From the IMG/VR virus record IMGVR_UViG_3300026097_001455, positions 1 to 64,000 of that record: a stretch of DNA of 64,000 nucleotides; one strand, written 5' to 3'. This document shows, in pieces, positions 1-8,017 of the stretch. The notes under the pieces are model-generated. The model was not told the DNA's origin and searched no databases. It saw only the letters and a list, made by a program, of their open reading frames with translations. Made by a program: the position numbers and the translations under genes. How positions within the stretch are numbered: the stretch's first letter is position 1; each line of letters starts with the position of its first letter. Source of the stretch: a virus.

Positions 1-368
1 GTAGTCTTCCTTAGTTCTTGGGCTTTGTCGATAGAATACTTAGTTCCAGGGGATTTTGCATCCCAAAATGCAACAACCATATCACAGTTTTGAATAATTG
101 TTGTATTTCTATTAAATCCAGCTAGAGCATTATATTTAGACCCGTCACTGCGGGTCTTTATTTTGCATGGCTCTTTTGTGAGATCACTCCATTCAGCATT
201 ATATATTTCAGCATCTTTACCAAGAACTTCTTCAGAATACCTTTTACCAAGAGAATCAGCGCCCCTTGCCCCTCCAGACACAATTGCAGAAATCGGGTAA
301 AGGTCTAAAATTCTCTTTACCCGATCATAGTCATCAAAATCTCTTGAGCCTATTACTGCAACCTTCAT
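1..368 (-). CDS. SLOG-superfamily protein (YspA-related/DUF2493-like), 3' end runs off window
   Basis: Not in ORF track. Hand translation from ATG at 368 (TAATG overlap with upstream stop): MKVAVIGSRDFDDYDRVKRILDLYPISAIVSGGARGADSLGKRY...AGFNRNTTIIQNCDMVVAFWDAKSPGT. Carries the GSR, SGGAxGAD, RN and AFWD..S.GT motifs of this family. Confidence 0.85.
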   Translation of the reverse strand, partial: MKVAVIGSRDFDDYDRVKRILDLYPISAIVSGGARGADSLGKRYSEEVLGKDAEIYNAEWSDLTKEPCKIKTRSDGSKYNALAGFNRNTTIIQNCDMVVAFWDAKSPGTKYSIDKAQELRKT

Positions 369-577
369 TAAAACGAATATATGAATGCCCAGCAGATGAG
401 GGATATAATGGCTGGCCAGGTCATTGGCCAGGTCCTTCTAACGCCATTCATCTTATCTATTAGCTCATCAGTTTCACTATAAGTAAGAGCTCCCAGAATC
501 CTTAAAGCAAGCACAATACTGGCTCCAATTCCGACTATCCATGCGATTATATGTAGAAATGTCATTAAACCGCTCAT
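368..577 (-). CDS. small membrane protein (2 predicted TM helices)
   Basis: Two hydrophobic stretches; coupled by 1-nt overlaps to nadE and the SLOG gene. Confidence 0.7.
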   Translation of the reverse strand: MSGLMTFLHIIAWIVGIGASIVLALRILGALTYSETDELIDKMNGVRRTWPMTWPAIISLICWAFIYSF

Positions 578-1440
578 TATTTTCTATATTTAGAAGTTTC
601 GAAAATTGGAATGTCGATCATCTTGTGCAAGTTTGCGCTGTGCATCTTAGAATAAATGATAATTACCTCTCTTTCTCTTTCTGTTAAAGAAAAATCATCC
701 TTGTCATCATATGCAATAGGCTTACCGTTTTCATATACAGTTGAATCCTCTATCCACTGCATAGCCCACTCAAGCTCATCATACGTAGCACCAATCTGCT
801 CCTCATCAGTTCTGCCATCATCCCAAAGGCCATCTGTTGGTCTTGCTTTAAGTATAGAATCATTAACTCCAAGCTCAGCTCCAAGGGTATATACCTCTGA
901 TTTCATAAGATCAGCAATAGGACTGATGTCAACTCCACCGTCACCATACTTTGTGTAGAATCCTACACCGAAATCCTCAACTTTGTTTCCAGTACCACAA
1001 ACAAGCATTCCATTGATTTGTGCATTTGCATACAGCGTAGTCATTCTAAGTCTTGACCTCGTGTTTGCAAGAACCATAAATCTATTATCGCTCTTTGGGC
1101 CAGGGAGGTCTGAAGTGTTTTCAAGAGTTCTTATTAAAACATCATAAGTTTCAGTAAGATCAACTTTCTTTATTGTTACGTTGTCAAATTTCTCCTGGAG
1201 CCAGTCACAGTGTTCTTTTGCTCTTGTTACTTGATCGGCACCTTGATGTATTGGCATATCTAACACAAGAAGCTCCAAACCAGTCATTGCGCATAGCGTT
1301 GATGTTACTGCAGAATCAATACCTCCAGATACACCGATAACAAATCCTTTTGCTTTTGCGTTCTGAGCATAATCTTTAAGCCAAGCAGAAATATCCTCTG
1401 AAAGCTCTGTGTAATTTAATGTTGGTGTTAACGTTTTCAT
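577..1440 (-). CDS. nadE: NH3-dependent NAD+ synthetase
   Basis: SGGIDS PP-loop, NTRSRLRMTTLY, GFYTKYGDG, PTDGLW, DEEQIG; no glutaminase domain; start refined to MKTLTP. Confidence 0.95.
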   Translation of the reverse strand: MKTLTPTLNYTELSEDISAWLKDYAQNAKAKGFVIGVSGGIDSAVTSTLCAMTGLELLVLDMPIHQGADQVTRAKEHCDWLQEKFDNVTIKKVDLTETYDVLIRTLENTSDLPGPKSDNRFMVLANTRSRLRMTTLYANAQINGMLVCGTGNKVEDFGVGFYTKYGDGGVDISPIADLMKSEVYTLGAELGVNDSILKARPTDGLWDDGRTDEEQIGATYDELEWAMQWIEDSTVYENGKPIAYDDKDDFSLTEREREVIIIYSKMHSANLHKMIDIPIFETSKYRK

Positions 1441-1444
1441 ATGC

Positions 1445-2065
1445 TTAATTTTTAAATAGACTATACTTGTCGATGTAGCTAATAACTTCATCTGGAACAA
1501 GGTATCTAAACGATTTATTATTTTTAATACAATTTCTTATATGAGTAGCAGATATGTCAATCTGAGGAACATCTTCAAGATACGTTGACACTGAGCGTGC
1601 TTTATCTGTAAGCTTCCACTTTGAATCCTTTTCAGAAACCTCTCTTGGATACACTATGATGTCATGCATATCAAGAACCTCTTCAGAGTTCTTCCAATAG
1701 TTGCCCATCTTTCTCTGGGTATCCGTGCCAGCTACTATAGAAAACTTAGTCTCTGGGTGTTTACTCCTTAACAATGCTAGTGTATCTGCTGTGTATGATG
1801 GTCGAGGCATATCAAACTCCACATCACATTCATGAAATCCTGGAGTGCCTGTAATGGCCAGCCTAACCATTTCAAGCCTGTGCACATCTTCTTCAAGTTC
1901 TCCAGTCTTTCTCTTAGCTGGATTCTCTGGAGATACAACAAACCAAAGCTCATCAATATCTGTCTGACTAAGCGCTGTATTAGCAACAATCAGATGTCCA
2001 ATATGTATTGGATTAAATGAGCCAAAATAAAGCCCTACTCTTTTATTTAGTAGTTTCTTCTGCAT
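1445..2065 (-). CDS. nadD: nicotinate-nucleotide adenylyltransferase
   Basis: GSFNPIHIGH (HIGH motif), PSYTADTL, ISATHIR; start refined to MQKKLL. Confidence 0.93.
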   Translation of the reverse strand: MQKKLLNKRVGLYFGSFNPIHIGHLIVANTALSQTDIDELWFVVSPENPAKRKTGELEEDVHRLEMVRLAITGTPGFHECDVEFDMPRPSYTADTLALLRSKHPETKFSIVAGTDTQRKMGNYWKNSEEVLDMHDIIVYPREVSEKDSKWKLTDKARSVSTYLEDVPQIDISATHIRNCIKNNKSFRYLVPDEVISYIDKYSLFKN

Positions 2066-2768
2066 CTGTGTTTCCTTCTGGTTTTGAATCATCATCTGAC
2101 TCTTCGTTAATCACTTTCTCTGCTGTGATCTTAGCTCTTTCAAGTCTTTGTATTTCAATATACTTCTTACCAGCATCAACTACATGCTGATTTCTTAAAT
2201 GCCAAAGAGCCTGAGCTCCCATTAGTGACTTAGCGTCAATAATCCCTCCATTAGCAACCATATCGAAAAACTCAGTAACTGGAACATTGTATATGTCAAT
2301 GTTTTCGTGCTCACTCTCTAAGCCCCCTCCATCTGTTACTCTATCAGCATTTGTTACGCTCGCTGCAAAAAGAAATACGGTTTCAGATGAATAACCTGGA
2401 GATGCGAAGAATCTGTTAAGAAACATCAAACTTTCCTCCTTAATATCATACCCTATTTCCTCAAGAACTTCTCTTCTAGCGGTTTCTTTAGGGTCTTCTC
2501 CCTCATCCATTTTCCCTGCAGGTATCTCAAATATTTTACCTCCAGCCTTTTTCTCTACTGCATAGCGATCTTGTTTAACCAGTATCACAGTATCTTCATC
2601 TGAGTTATACACCATAACTGAAACTGCATCTGGACGATCAAGTTTTAGTCTTGTGTATGTTACTTCATTTCCATCAGAATCAATTTCTTTAAATGTTGCT
2701 TCATCTACTTTGAAGTAGTTGTCAAATATTCTTTTCTCTGAAATTAATTCAACCTTAGGACTCTCCAT
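2043..2768 (-). CDS. NUDIX hydrolase, ADP-ribose pyrophosphatase (NudF/NudK-like)
   Basis: Nudix box GKMDEGEDPKETARREVLEEIGY, followed by the SPG and IIDAK motifs typical of ADP-sugar pyrophosphatases. Confidence 0.88.
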   Translation of the reverse strand: MESPKVELISEKRIFDNYFKVDEATFKEIDSDGNEVTYTRLKLDRPDAVSVMVYNSDEDTVILVKQDRYAVEKKAGGKIFEIPAGKMDEGEDPKETARREVLEEIGYDIKEESLMFLNRFFASPGYSSETVFLFAASVTNADRVTDGGGLESEHENIDIYNVPVTEFFDMVANGGIIDAKSLMGAQALWHLRNQHVVDAGKKYIEIQRLERAKITAEKVINEESDDDSKPEGNTDAEETTK

Positions 2769-3174
2769 TTTCTTGTTCTTTTATTATTTTTTCAATTTTC
2801 GCTCGTGCTCCAATTCCAAGAGGTCTCTTGTTACCATCTTCCCTGTCTATTCTTACAAAGACAACTCTGGTTTTACAAACAAGTTTTTCAACGTCAGTAT
2901 GAACATTATACTTCCTTGCTTCAAGATCAAGCACGATGGAGGTCCTTCCAACAGTAACTGGTTTTCCGTAGATATAAACCTGCGTATTTTCTCTAACCTT
3001 TTTAAGAAATTTAATCCCTTCCATTTCGGCTGTAACCATACTATTTGATTCACACAGCCTTGTTGCCTCTATTGCCCCAGCTTTGTCTAAAAAACTCATC
3101 ATTCTACCACCGAAAAGGTTACCATGTACACCTAAATCACTTTTCAAAACAAGCTCCCTTGTAATAAGTCTCAT
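2755..3174 (-). CDS. HotDog-fold acyl-CoA thioesterase (YciA-like)
   Basis: DLGVHGNLFGGRMMSFLDKAG, VGRTSI, VFVRID; start refined to MRLITRE. Confidence 0.85.
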   Translation of the reverse strand: MRLITRELVLKSDLGVHGNLFGGRMMSFLDKAGAIEATRLCESNSMVTAEMEGIKFLKKVRENTQVYIYGKPVTVGRTSIVLDLEARKYNVHTDVEKLVCKTRVVFVRIDREDGNKRPLGIGARAKIEKIIKEQENGES

Positions 3175-3179
3175 AATTA

Positions 3180-3893
3180 TTAAATAAATTTCCAAATATA
3201 ACCACAAGCAGTTTTTCTCTTCCCTTTACAAACATCTCTTATATGGTCATTTTCATATTTTTTTATTGCAACACTTAAGCTTTCAAACTCCTCAAGCAAT
3301 TTATTGTTTTTACTAAATTTGCCAACTCTTAAAGTTTGATATACATTTCTTACTTTTATGTTCTTTGCAAATTTATCATTTTCTTTCCAGATAAAAAAAT
3401 AGCCATGAGAAAATTTAGGTTCTTTTTTTGGCATAGTACCCAATCTTCCCCCAATGGTTTCTTCTGCTTCTTTTTTCGATTCAAACTCTCTTAAAAAATC
3501 TCCCTTTAAATCATACTGAAGGATAGGTTTATAAAGTTTTTTATTTACTTTTTTTGGCCTTTTCCTTCCAGTTAAAGATTTTCTTATCCTTTCCTTGGTT
3601 TTTTCGCTTGTTTTATGTCCAAAAATAGCGCCTCCAGTTCCACCGTCTAATAAGTTATAAAAATCTTCAGACTTAACAGCATCAAAAAACTCTATCCACC
3701 ACTTTTCTCTTTCTTCAAGATGACTTCTATCAACACACTCTTCTAAGACTATTTTTTTAAAATTATGCTTGCCATATTTTTTAATAGCTTTAGTAAGTAT
3801 AGCTCCAGAGCCAAGATAACTTTTTTTGTTCTTTACATCCTTTCCTATATAACGTTTTTTATTAATAAGGTTAATTGTCATATAAACTATCAT
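3180..3893 (-). mobile_element. free-standing GIY-YIG homing endonuclease with NUMOD3/NUMOD1-like DNA-binding repeats
   Basis: MIVYMTINLINKKRYIG, YLGSG, FYNLLDGGTGG, HKTSEKTKERIRKSLTG, two QYDLKG/KFSKNN..EFES..A modules; visibly more AT/Lys-rich than neighbours. Confidence 0.88.
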
Positions 3894-3906
3894 AGCATTT
3901 TTTTAC

Positions 3907-3915
3907 TATAAATAG
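3907..3915 (-). promoter_or_regulatory. candidate late promoter CTATTTATA
   Basis: Same motif as upstream of structural genes; 13 nt before the endonuclease ATG. Confidence 0.55.
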
Positions 3916-3917
3916 CA

Positions 3918-3965
3918 TATAAAATCATCTTTCCACCAAAGCTATAAAATCATCTTTCCACCAAA
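3918..3965. repeat. 23-bp direct repeat TATAAAATCATCTTTCCACCAAA x2 (2-nt spacer)
   Basis: Exact copies at 3918-3940 and 3943-3965, abutting the pncB stop codon. Confidence 0.9.
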
Positions 3966-5186
3966 TCACGCAGTCTCAGCAATTTTTTTGTCCTCAGAAT
4001 TAATTCTAAGAACACCTTTACAAAGTTTTATTTCTTCTTCAGTACCAGTATGCTTTCCTGGGTTGTCACTAAGCTTAACAGTATCAATCCAAAGGTTGCC
4101 AACTTTAACTTGAACAATCTTAATTACCATGTTAAGAGCTTTAACTCCAACATCATTTGTAAAATGAGTACCAATACCAAATGAACACATGATTCCGATC
4201 TTCTTGCAATAATTATGAAGTTCAACTGCTAAGTCTGTGTTGAGTCCATCAGAGAAAACTATAGTCTTTGATGCTGGGTCTATTCCAAGTTTTTCATAGT
4301 GTGCAACAACTTTGTCTGCAAACTTAAATGGGTCACCAGAGTCGTGACGAAGACCATCATAAAGCTTAGCTTCCTTTGTGTCAAAGGTTCTGAAGAAAAC
4401 ATCAACAGTAAATGTATCTGGAAGTGCTATTCCAAGGTCTCCCTTGTAAACTTTAACCCAGTTTTCAACACCTCTTGGATTTGCCATTGTATACCCATAG
4501 TGTACAGCATGGAACATGAACCACTCATGGGCATGCGTTCCTATTGGTTGTAGATCAAGCTCCATTGCAATGTGAACGTTTGAGGTTCCTACAAGGAAAG
4601 GGTTTCCGTTGTTGAAGCATGATTGTAAATCTTTTACAAGCTCTAGCTGATTTTCGTAAGAGTATCTTCTTCGAGTTCCAAAGTCAGCTACCTTCATTCC
4701 ATTTGTGTAGAATTTTTGCCCTTTCTCTAGGTTGTTCTCACGTCTCTCATCTCTACTCATGATTGACTCACCAGTCATTTTAAAATAAAGCTCAGATATA
4801 AGCGCCATTAATGGAACTTCCCATAGAATGGTTCTGTACCAATAGCCTTCAATTGTAACTGTAAGCTCTCCTCCATCTTGAGTAATTCCAATCTCAGAAG
4901 AATCGAATTGATATGACTTTAAGAAGTCGATGTAAGTAGGCTTCAAGAATTTTCCACATTTTGTTGTAAGGAAGTCAGCTTGCTTCTGATTGAGCTTGAG
5001 TTGCTCCATTCTCTTAAGTTCTTGTCGAAGCTTAAGAGCAAATCCATCTGGGAATTCTGTCTTCCCTCTATTGATAAAGCTGTATCTGACCCACTCTCTC
5101 TGAAAGAGTTCTACAACGCCTTGCTGCATTGTAAATTTGTATAGGTCATTATCAAGTATTGATCTTATAATTCCAGTATCGCTCAT
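3966..5186 (-). CDS. pncB: nicotinate phosphoribosyltransferase
   Basis: SILDNDLYKFTMQQ, DFGTRRRYS, GTSNV, GTHAHEWFM, RHDSGDP, IVFSDGL, SFGIGT, KLSDNPGK. Confidence 0.93.
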   Translation of the reverse strand: MSDTGIIRSILDNDLYKFTMQQGVVELFQREWVRYSFINRGKTEFPDGFALKLRQELKRMEQLKLNQKQADFLTTKCGKFLKPTYIDFLKSYQFDSSEIGITQDGGELTVTIEGYWYRTILWEVPLMALISELYFKMTGESIMSRDERRENNLEKGQKFYTNGMKVADFGTRRRYSYENQLELVKDLQSCFNNGNPFLVGTSNVHIAMELDLQPIGTHAHEWFMFHAVHYGYTMANPRGVENWVKVYKGDLGIALPDTFTVDVFFRTFDTKEAKLYDGLRHDSGDPFKFADKVVAHYEKLGIDPASKTIVFSDGLNTDLAVELHNYCKKIGIMCSFGIGTHFTNDVGVKALNMVIKIVQVKVGNLWIDTVKLSDNPGKHTGTEEEIKLCKGVLRINSEDKKIAETA

Positions 5187-5227
5187 GTGCTTTTTTTTAT
5201 GTTATACGTGAGTTATTTATTTTTGTT

Positions 5228-5458
5228 TCATTTGCAATCGCTTAAAGGCTCTATTCCACCTCTACCATTTACAAGGAACTCTCTGCCTTCAACCTCTACT
5301 ATGTACATATGATAACCATTCACGTTTGTCTGTTCTTTTAATATTATCCTTTTAGGGGTTGTTTCTCTTTCATCTTTGGCATCTGTACAGGAAACTGCAA
5401 CAACAGATAAAAAGAGAAAAATCGCATATTTTAAATTAATTTTTAATAAATTTTTCAT
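5228..5458 (-). CDS. putative small lipoprotein
   Basis: Basic N-terminus, hydrophobic core, lipobox-like VAVS-C. Confidence 0.65.
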   Translation of the reverse strand: MKNLLKINLKYAIFLFLSVVAVSCTDAKDERETTPKRIILKEQTNVNGYHMYIVEVEGREFLVNGRGGIEPLSDCK

Positions 5459-5469
5459 TTCTTCTACTT

Positions 5470-5712
5470 TTAATAAGAGCCTTTTCCATTAAAAACTCCT
5501 TTAGGCAATTCCACGCTTGTAACAAAAGATTTATCAATTTTTTCGTGCAAAGTTTTTGGAACTATGATGCCTCTTGTTTCCAATTCAACTGCATACTCTT
5601 TTCTAAGTCTTTCGTTCTGACTACCCTTCCAATGGCCATTACATCCACATGTAGCATCTGCGTTGGCATACATTTGAAGTAGTTCGTTTGTTTCAGTGTT
5701 TTTCAAATCCAT
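5470..5712 (-). CDS. hypothetical protein
   Basis: ORF; start refined to MDLKNTE to remove overlap. Confidence 0.6.
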   Translation of the reverse strand: MDLKNTETNELLQMYANADATCGCNGHWKGSQNERLRKEYAVELETRGIIVPKTLHEKIDKSFVTSVELPKGVFNGKGSY

Positions 5713-5716
5713 AATA

Positions 5717-5935
5717 TTAATAGTCTTTAGCCATTCTTTCAAAAGTCTTCGAGCTTTCTTCCCCATGAAGGTCTTTAAAATGCATTCCAATTTGATGCCC
5801 GTTTTGATCGGTCTCTGGAACTGGGACCTGGACGTCCATATTATACAACAACTGATGAAATCTTAGGTCAGGATACTTCTCAACTGCTTTAGATAATTCA
5901 TCAACAATTTTTCTATTAGCCTCTTGTCTACTCAT
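5717..5935 (-). CDS. hypothetical protein
   Basis: ORF with KYPDLRFHQLL motif common in small phage proteins; start refined to MSRQEAN. Confidence 0.65.
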   Translation of the reverse strand: MSRQEANRKIVDELSKAVEKYPDLRFHQLLYNMDVQVPVPETDQNGHQIGMHFKDLHGEESSKTFERMAKDY

Positions 5936-5953
5936 ATTCGAAACATTTTTATT

Positions 5954-5969
5954 TGTTATACGTATAACA
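5954..5969. promoter_or_regulatory. perfect 16-bp palindrome TGTTATACGTATAACA
   Basis: In the divergent intergenic region; partial copies at 5200-5209 (upstream of pncB) and 36010-36018. Confidence 0.6.
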
Positions 5970-5986
5970 GAATGTAAATGTTTCAA

Positions 5987-5995
5987 CTATTTAAT
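5987..5995 (+). promoter_or_regulatory. candidate late promoter CTATTTAAT
   Basis: Recurrent motif, 11 nt before the ATG at 6007. Confidence 0.5.
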
Positions 5996-6006
5996 AAAAA
6001 GATTGG

Positions 6007-7416
6007 ATGGAAGGTTATATTAGAAATAAAATAAGAGCAATACTTAATGAAGAATTTGGTTCTGGCCAACAAGAATTAGCCAAGCTTGTAACAGTACTGA
6101 ATGCGCTAGAATTTAAAGATGATGTCATTGCCGCAGGTGGAGAAATCTATGCAGTAGGAGGAATTGTGCGTGATGCTATAATGGGAACTCCTGGAGACGA
6201 TCTTGATATTGTTGTAAGAGGAATTCCATATGACAAGCTATTTGCTATCCTTTCTAAATATGGAAATGCTACTGACACTTCTCACGAGAAAGAGGATGGT
6301 GATAAAGACTTTGGCTCTACTATCTTTATTTCAAATAATCCCCAGTTTAATGAGTTCTTAGAAAAGAGTGGAGTTGATTTGGATATTGACGTAATGCTTC
6401 CACGTAGAGATGCTAAGGACCCTAATGTAAAAGGTCATAGAGGTATTAAATCTGATGTCAATCCTAGTTACACAATACATGATGATCTTGAGAGGCGTGA
6501 TATAACCATCAACGCAATAGCTATGGATACTGATGGAAACTTAATCACAAACGGAACTGGGCTAGAGGATATTAAATCTGGAACTATAAAAGCTGTTAAT
6601 GAAGACGCTTTCATAGAAGACCCCTTAAGAATGCTTCGTGCAATTAGGTTTGCTGCCAGATACAATTACGATATTGACCAGACTACCGTTAATCTCATAA
6701 AAAGTAATGCTCCAATGCTCTCAGATAAGCAAGAGCTCCCAAAGGAGAGATTCCTTAAGGAGTTTAATAAGATGATTGGCAAGTCTGATCTTAAGCGTGC
6801 TGTTAAGATGCTTGTTGATTTTGATATGTACAAACATATATTTGGTGTTGATTCTAAAATTAGAGACTTCAGCAAATTTGATAAGGCTGATAATATAGGT
6901 GAGTTTGCATATATGATGTTTGAGGGTCAACCGCTAGACGAAGTTGTTCCTTTAATCAATAATAACATCACCAACGACAAAAACATACTCAGCTACTCAA
7001 AGGCGCTTGTAGAGTATGAGAAAGCTGCTAAAGGTTATGTCAGAGGAATTTATGCAAAGGAAGTTGCGCCATGGGTAACAATGAGTAAGATAGCGAAATT
7101 GTACAAGCTATCACCTAGCGCTATGCTAAACTCGTCTTACATAGAAGATGGGGATAAAGAATTAATTAACAAAATTCACTCTGGAGAGATTCCTGCAAGT
7201 GAGCATGATATTGATCTAAAGAAAGATGATTTTAAGAATTTTGTAATAGACCTAATTAAGCAAGAGGAAGGTGAGTTTGTTCCTAAGAGAGATGGAATCA
7301 AGATGGGCCGTGCAAAAGAGTCTGTGTTAATCGGCATATACAATCATGAAGTTGATAACAACTCTGAAGACATAAAAAGATTCCTTGAGGACAATAAAGA
7401 AAAGTGGATGTCCTAA
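6007..7416 (+). CDS. cca: class II tRNA nucleotidyltransferase (CCA-adding enzyme-like)
   Basis: VGGIVRD, DLDIVV, DDLERRDITINAIA, EDPLRMLRAIRFAAR, ERFLKEF; no HD domain; extra N-terminal helix. Confidence 0.88.
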   Translation: MEGYIRNKIRAILNEEFGSGQQELAKLVTVLNALEFKDDVIAAGGEIYAVGGIVRDAIMGTPGDDLDIVVRGIPYDKLFAILSKYGNATDTSHEKEDGDKDFGSTIFISNNPQFNEFLEKSGVDLDIDVMLPRRDAKDPNVKGHRGIKSDVNPSYTIHDDLERRDITINAIAMDTDGNLITNGTGLEDIKSGTIKAVNEDAFIEDPLRMLRAIRFAARYNYDIDQTTVNLIKSNAPMLSDKQELPKERFLKEFNKMIGKSDLKRAVKMLVDFDMYKHIFGVDSKIRDFSKFDKADNIGEFAYMMFEGQPLDEVVPLINNNITNDKNILSYSKALVEYEKAAKGYVRGIYAKEVAPWVTMSKIAKLYKLSPSAMLNSSYIEDGDKELINKIHSGEIPASEHDIDLKKDDFKNFVIDLIKQEEGEFVPKRDGIKMGRAKESVLIGIYNHEVDNNSEDIKRFLEDNKEKWMS

Positions 7417-7913
7417 TTGTTAGTTGCTGTTGCTGGCAAAGAGAACTCATCCGTGCATGCAAAAGCTGGAGTAGTTCTATCGCTAAGCCCAAGGCCTAAC
7501 ACATTGTAGTCATACCATTCAAGAGCTTGAACATAGTAACTATAACCTGGGTCTTCTTTTTCTCCGCTTTTTAAACCCTCTTGTTCATACTCAGAAGCTA
7601 GTCTTTCCAAATAAGCTTCCTTATCATGAAGTATAGCAACAGCGTTATTTTCTAACGTAACATATCCTACAACAGAGTCTTCAAGCCCAGGAAAAGTTCC
7701 AACTGGAATGTCTGTTAACTCCTGGGCTTTTTTCTCTGCATCATCGTTAGTGTCTGTAAAGAATGTGTTGACTCCTTCATACAAAGGAATGATATGCATA
7801 CCAAATCTTTCAGCATATCCTATTAGCTTATCTTCATGTTCTTCATTGAACTTGATGCAGGGGTCAATTTCTAATATTCTTTGCTTTATTTCTTCTATCT
7901 GTTGTCTCTCCAT
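7413..7913 (-). CDS. hypothetical protein (conserved phage family, ALEWYDYNVLG..TPAF motif)
   Basis: ORF; start refined to MERQQ. Confidence 0.65.
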   Translation of the reverse strand: MERQQIEEIKQRILEIDPCIKFNEEHEDKLIGYAERFGMHIIPLYEGVNTFFTDTNDDAEKKAQELTDIPVGTFPGLEDSVVGYVTLENNAVAILHDKEAYLERLASEYEQEGLKSGEKEDPGYSYYVQALEWYDYNVLGLGLSDRTTPAFACTDEFSLPATATNN

Positions 7914-7988
7914 GGGATAAATTTTATAGCAAAAATACCAACAAATTGTCATAGTACAAAGAAACCAGCTAAAAATCCATTTTTTTCC

Positions 7989-7997
7989 CTATTTATG
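7989..7997 (+). promoter_or_regulatory. candidate late promoter CTATTTATG
   Basis: Recurrent motif, 20 nt before ATG 8018. Confidence 0.55.
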
Positions 7998-8017
7998 ATA
8001 AAGCATCTGTACATATT

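Noticed and set aside
3175-3965. Group I intron around the GIY-YIG gene
   Set aside because: Flanking genes are intact and the non-coding flanks (5 and 72 nt) are too short for a ribozyme core.
3966-5186. Calling this gene Nampt/Namat (known NARP1/NARP2)
   Set aside because: Motifs match PncB-type nicotinate PRTases, the partner NadE only makes sense for deamidated intermediates, and no Prs-like Adps gene is adjacent in the window.
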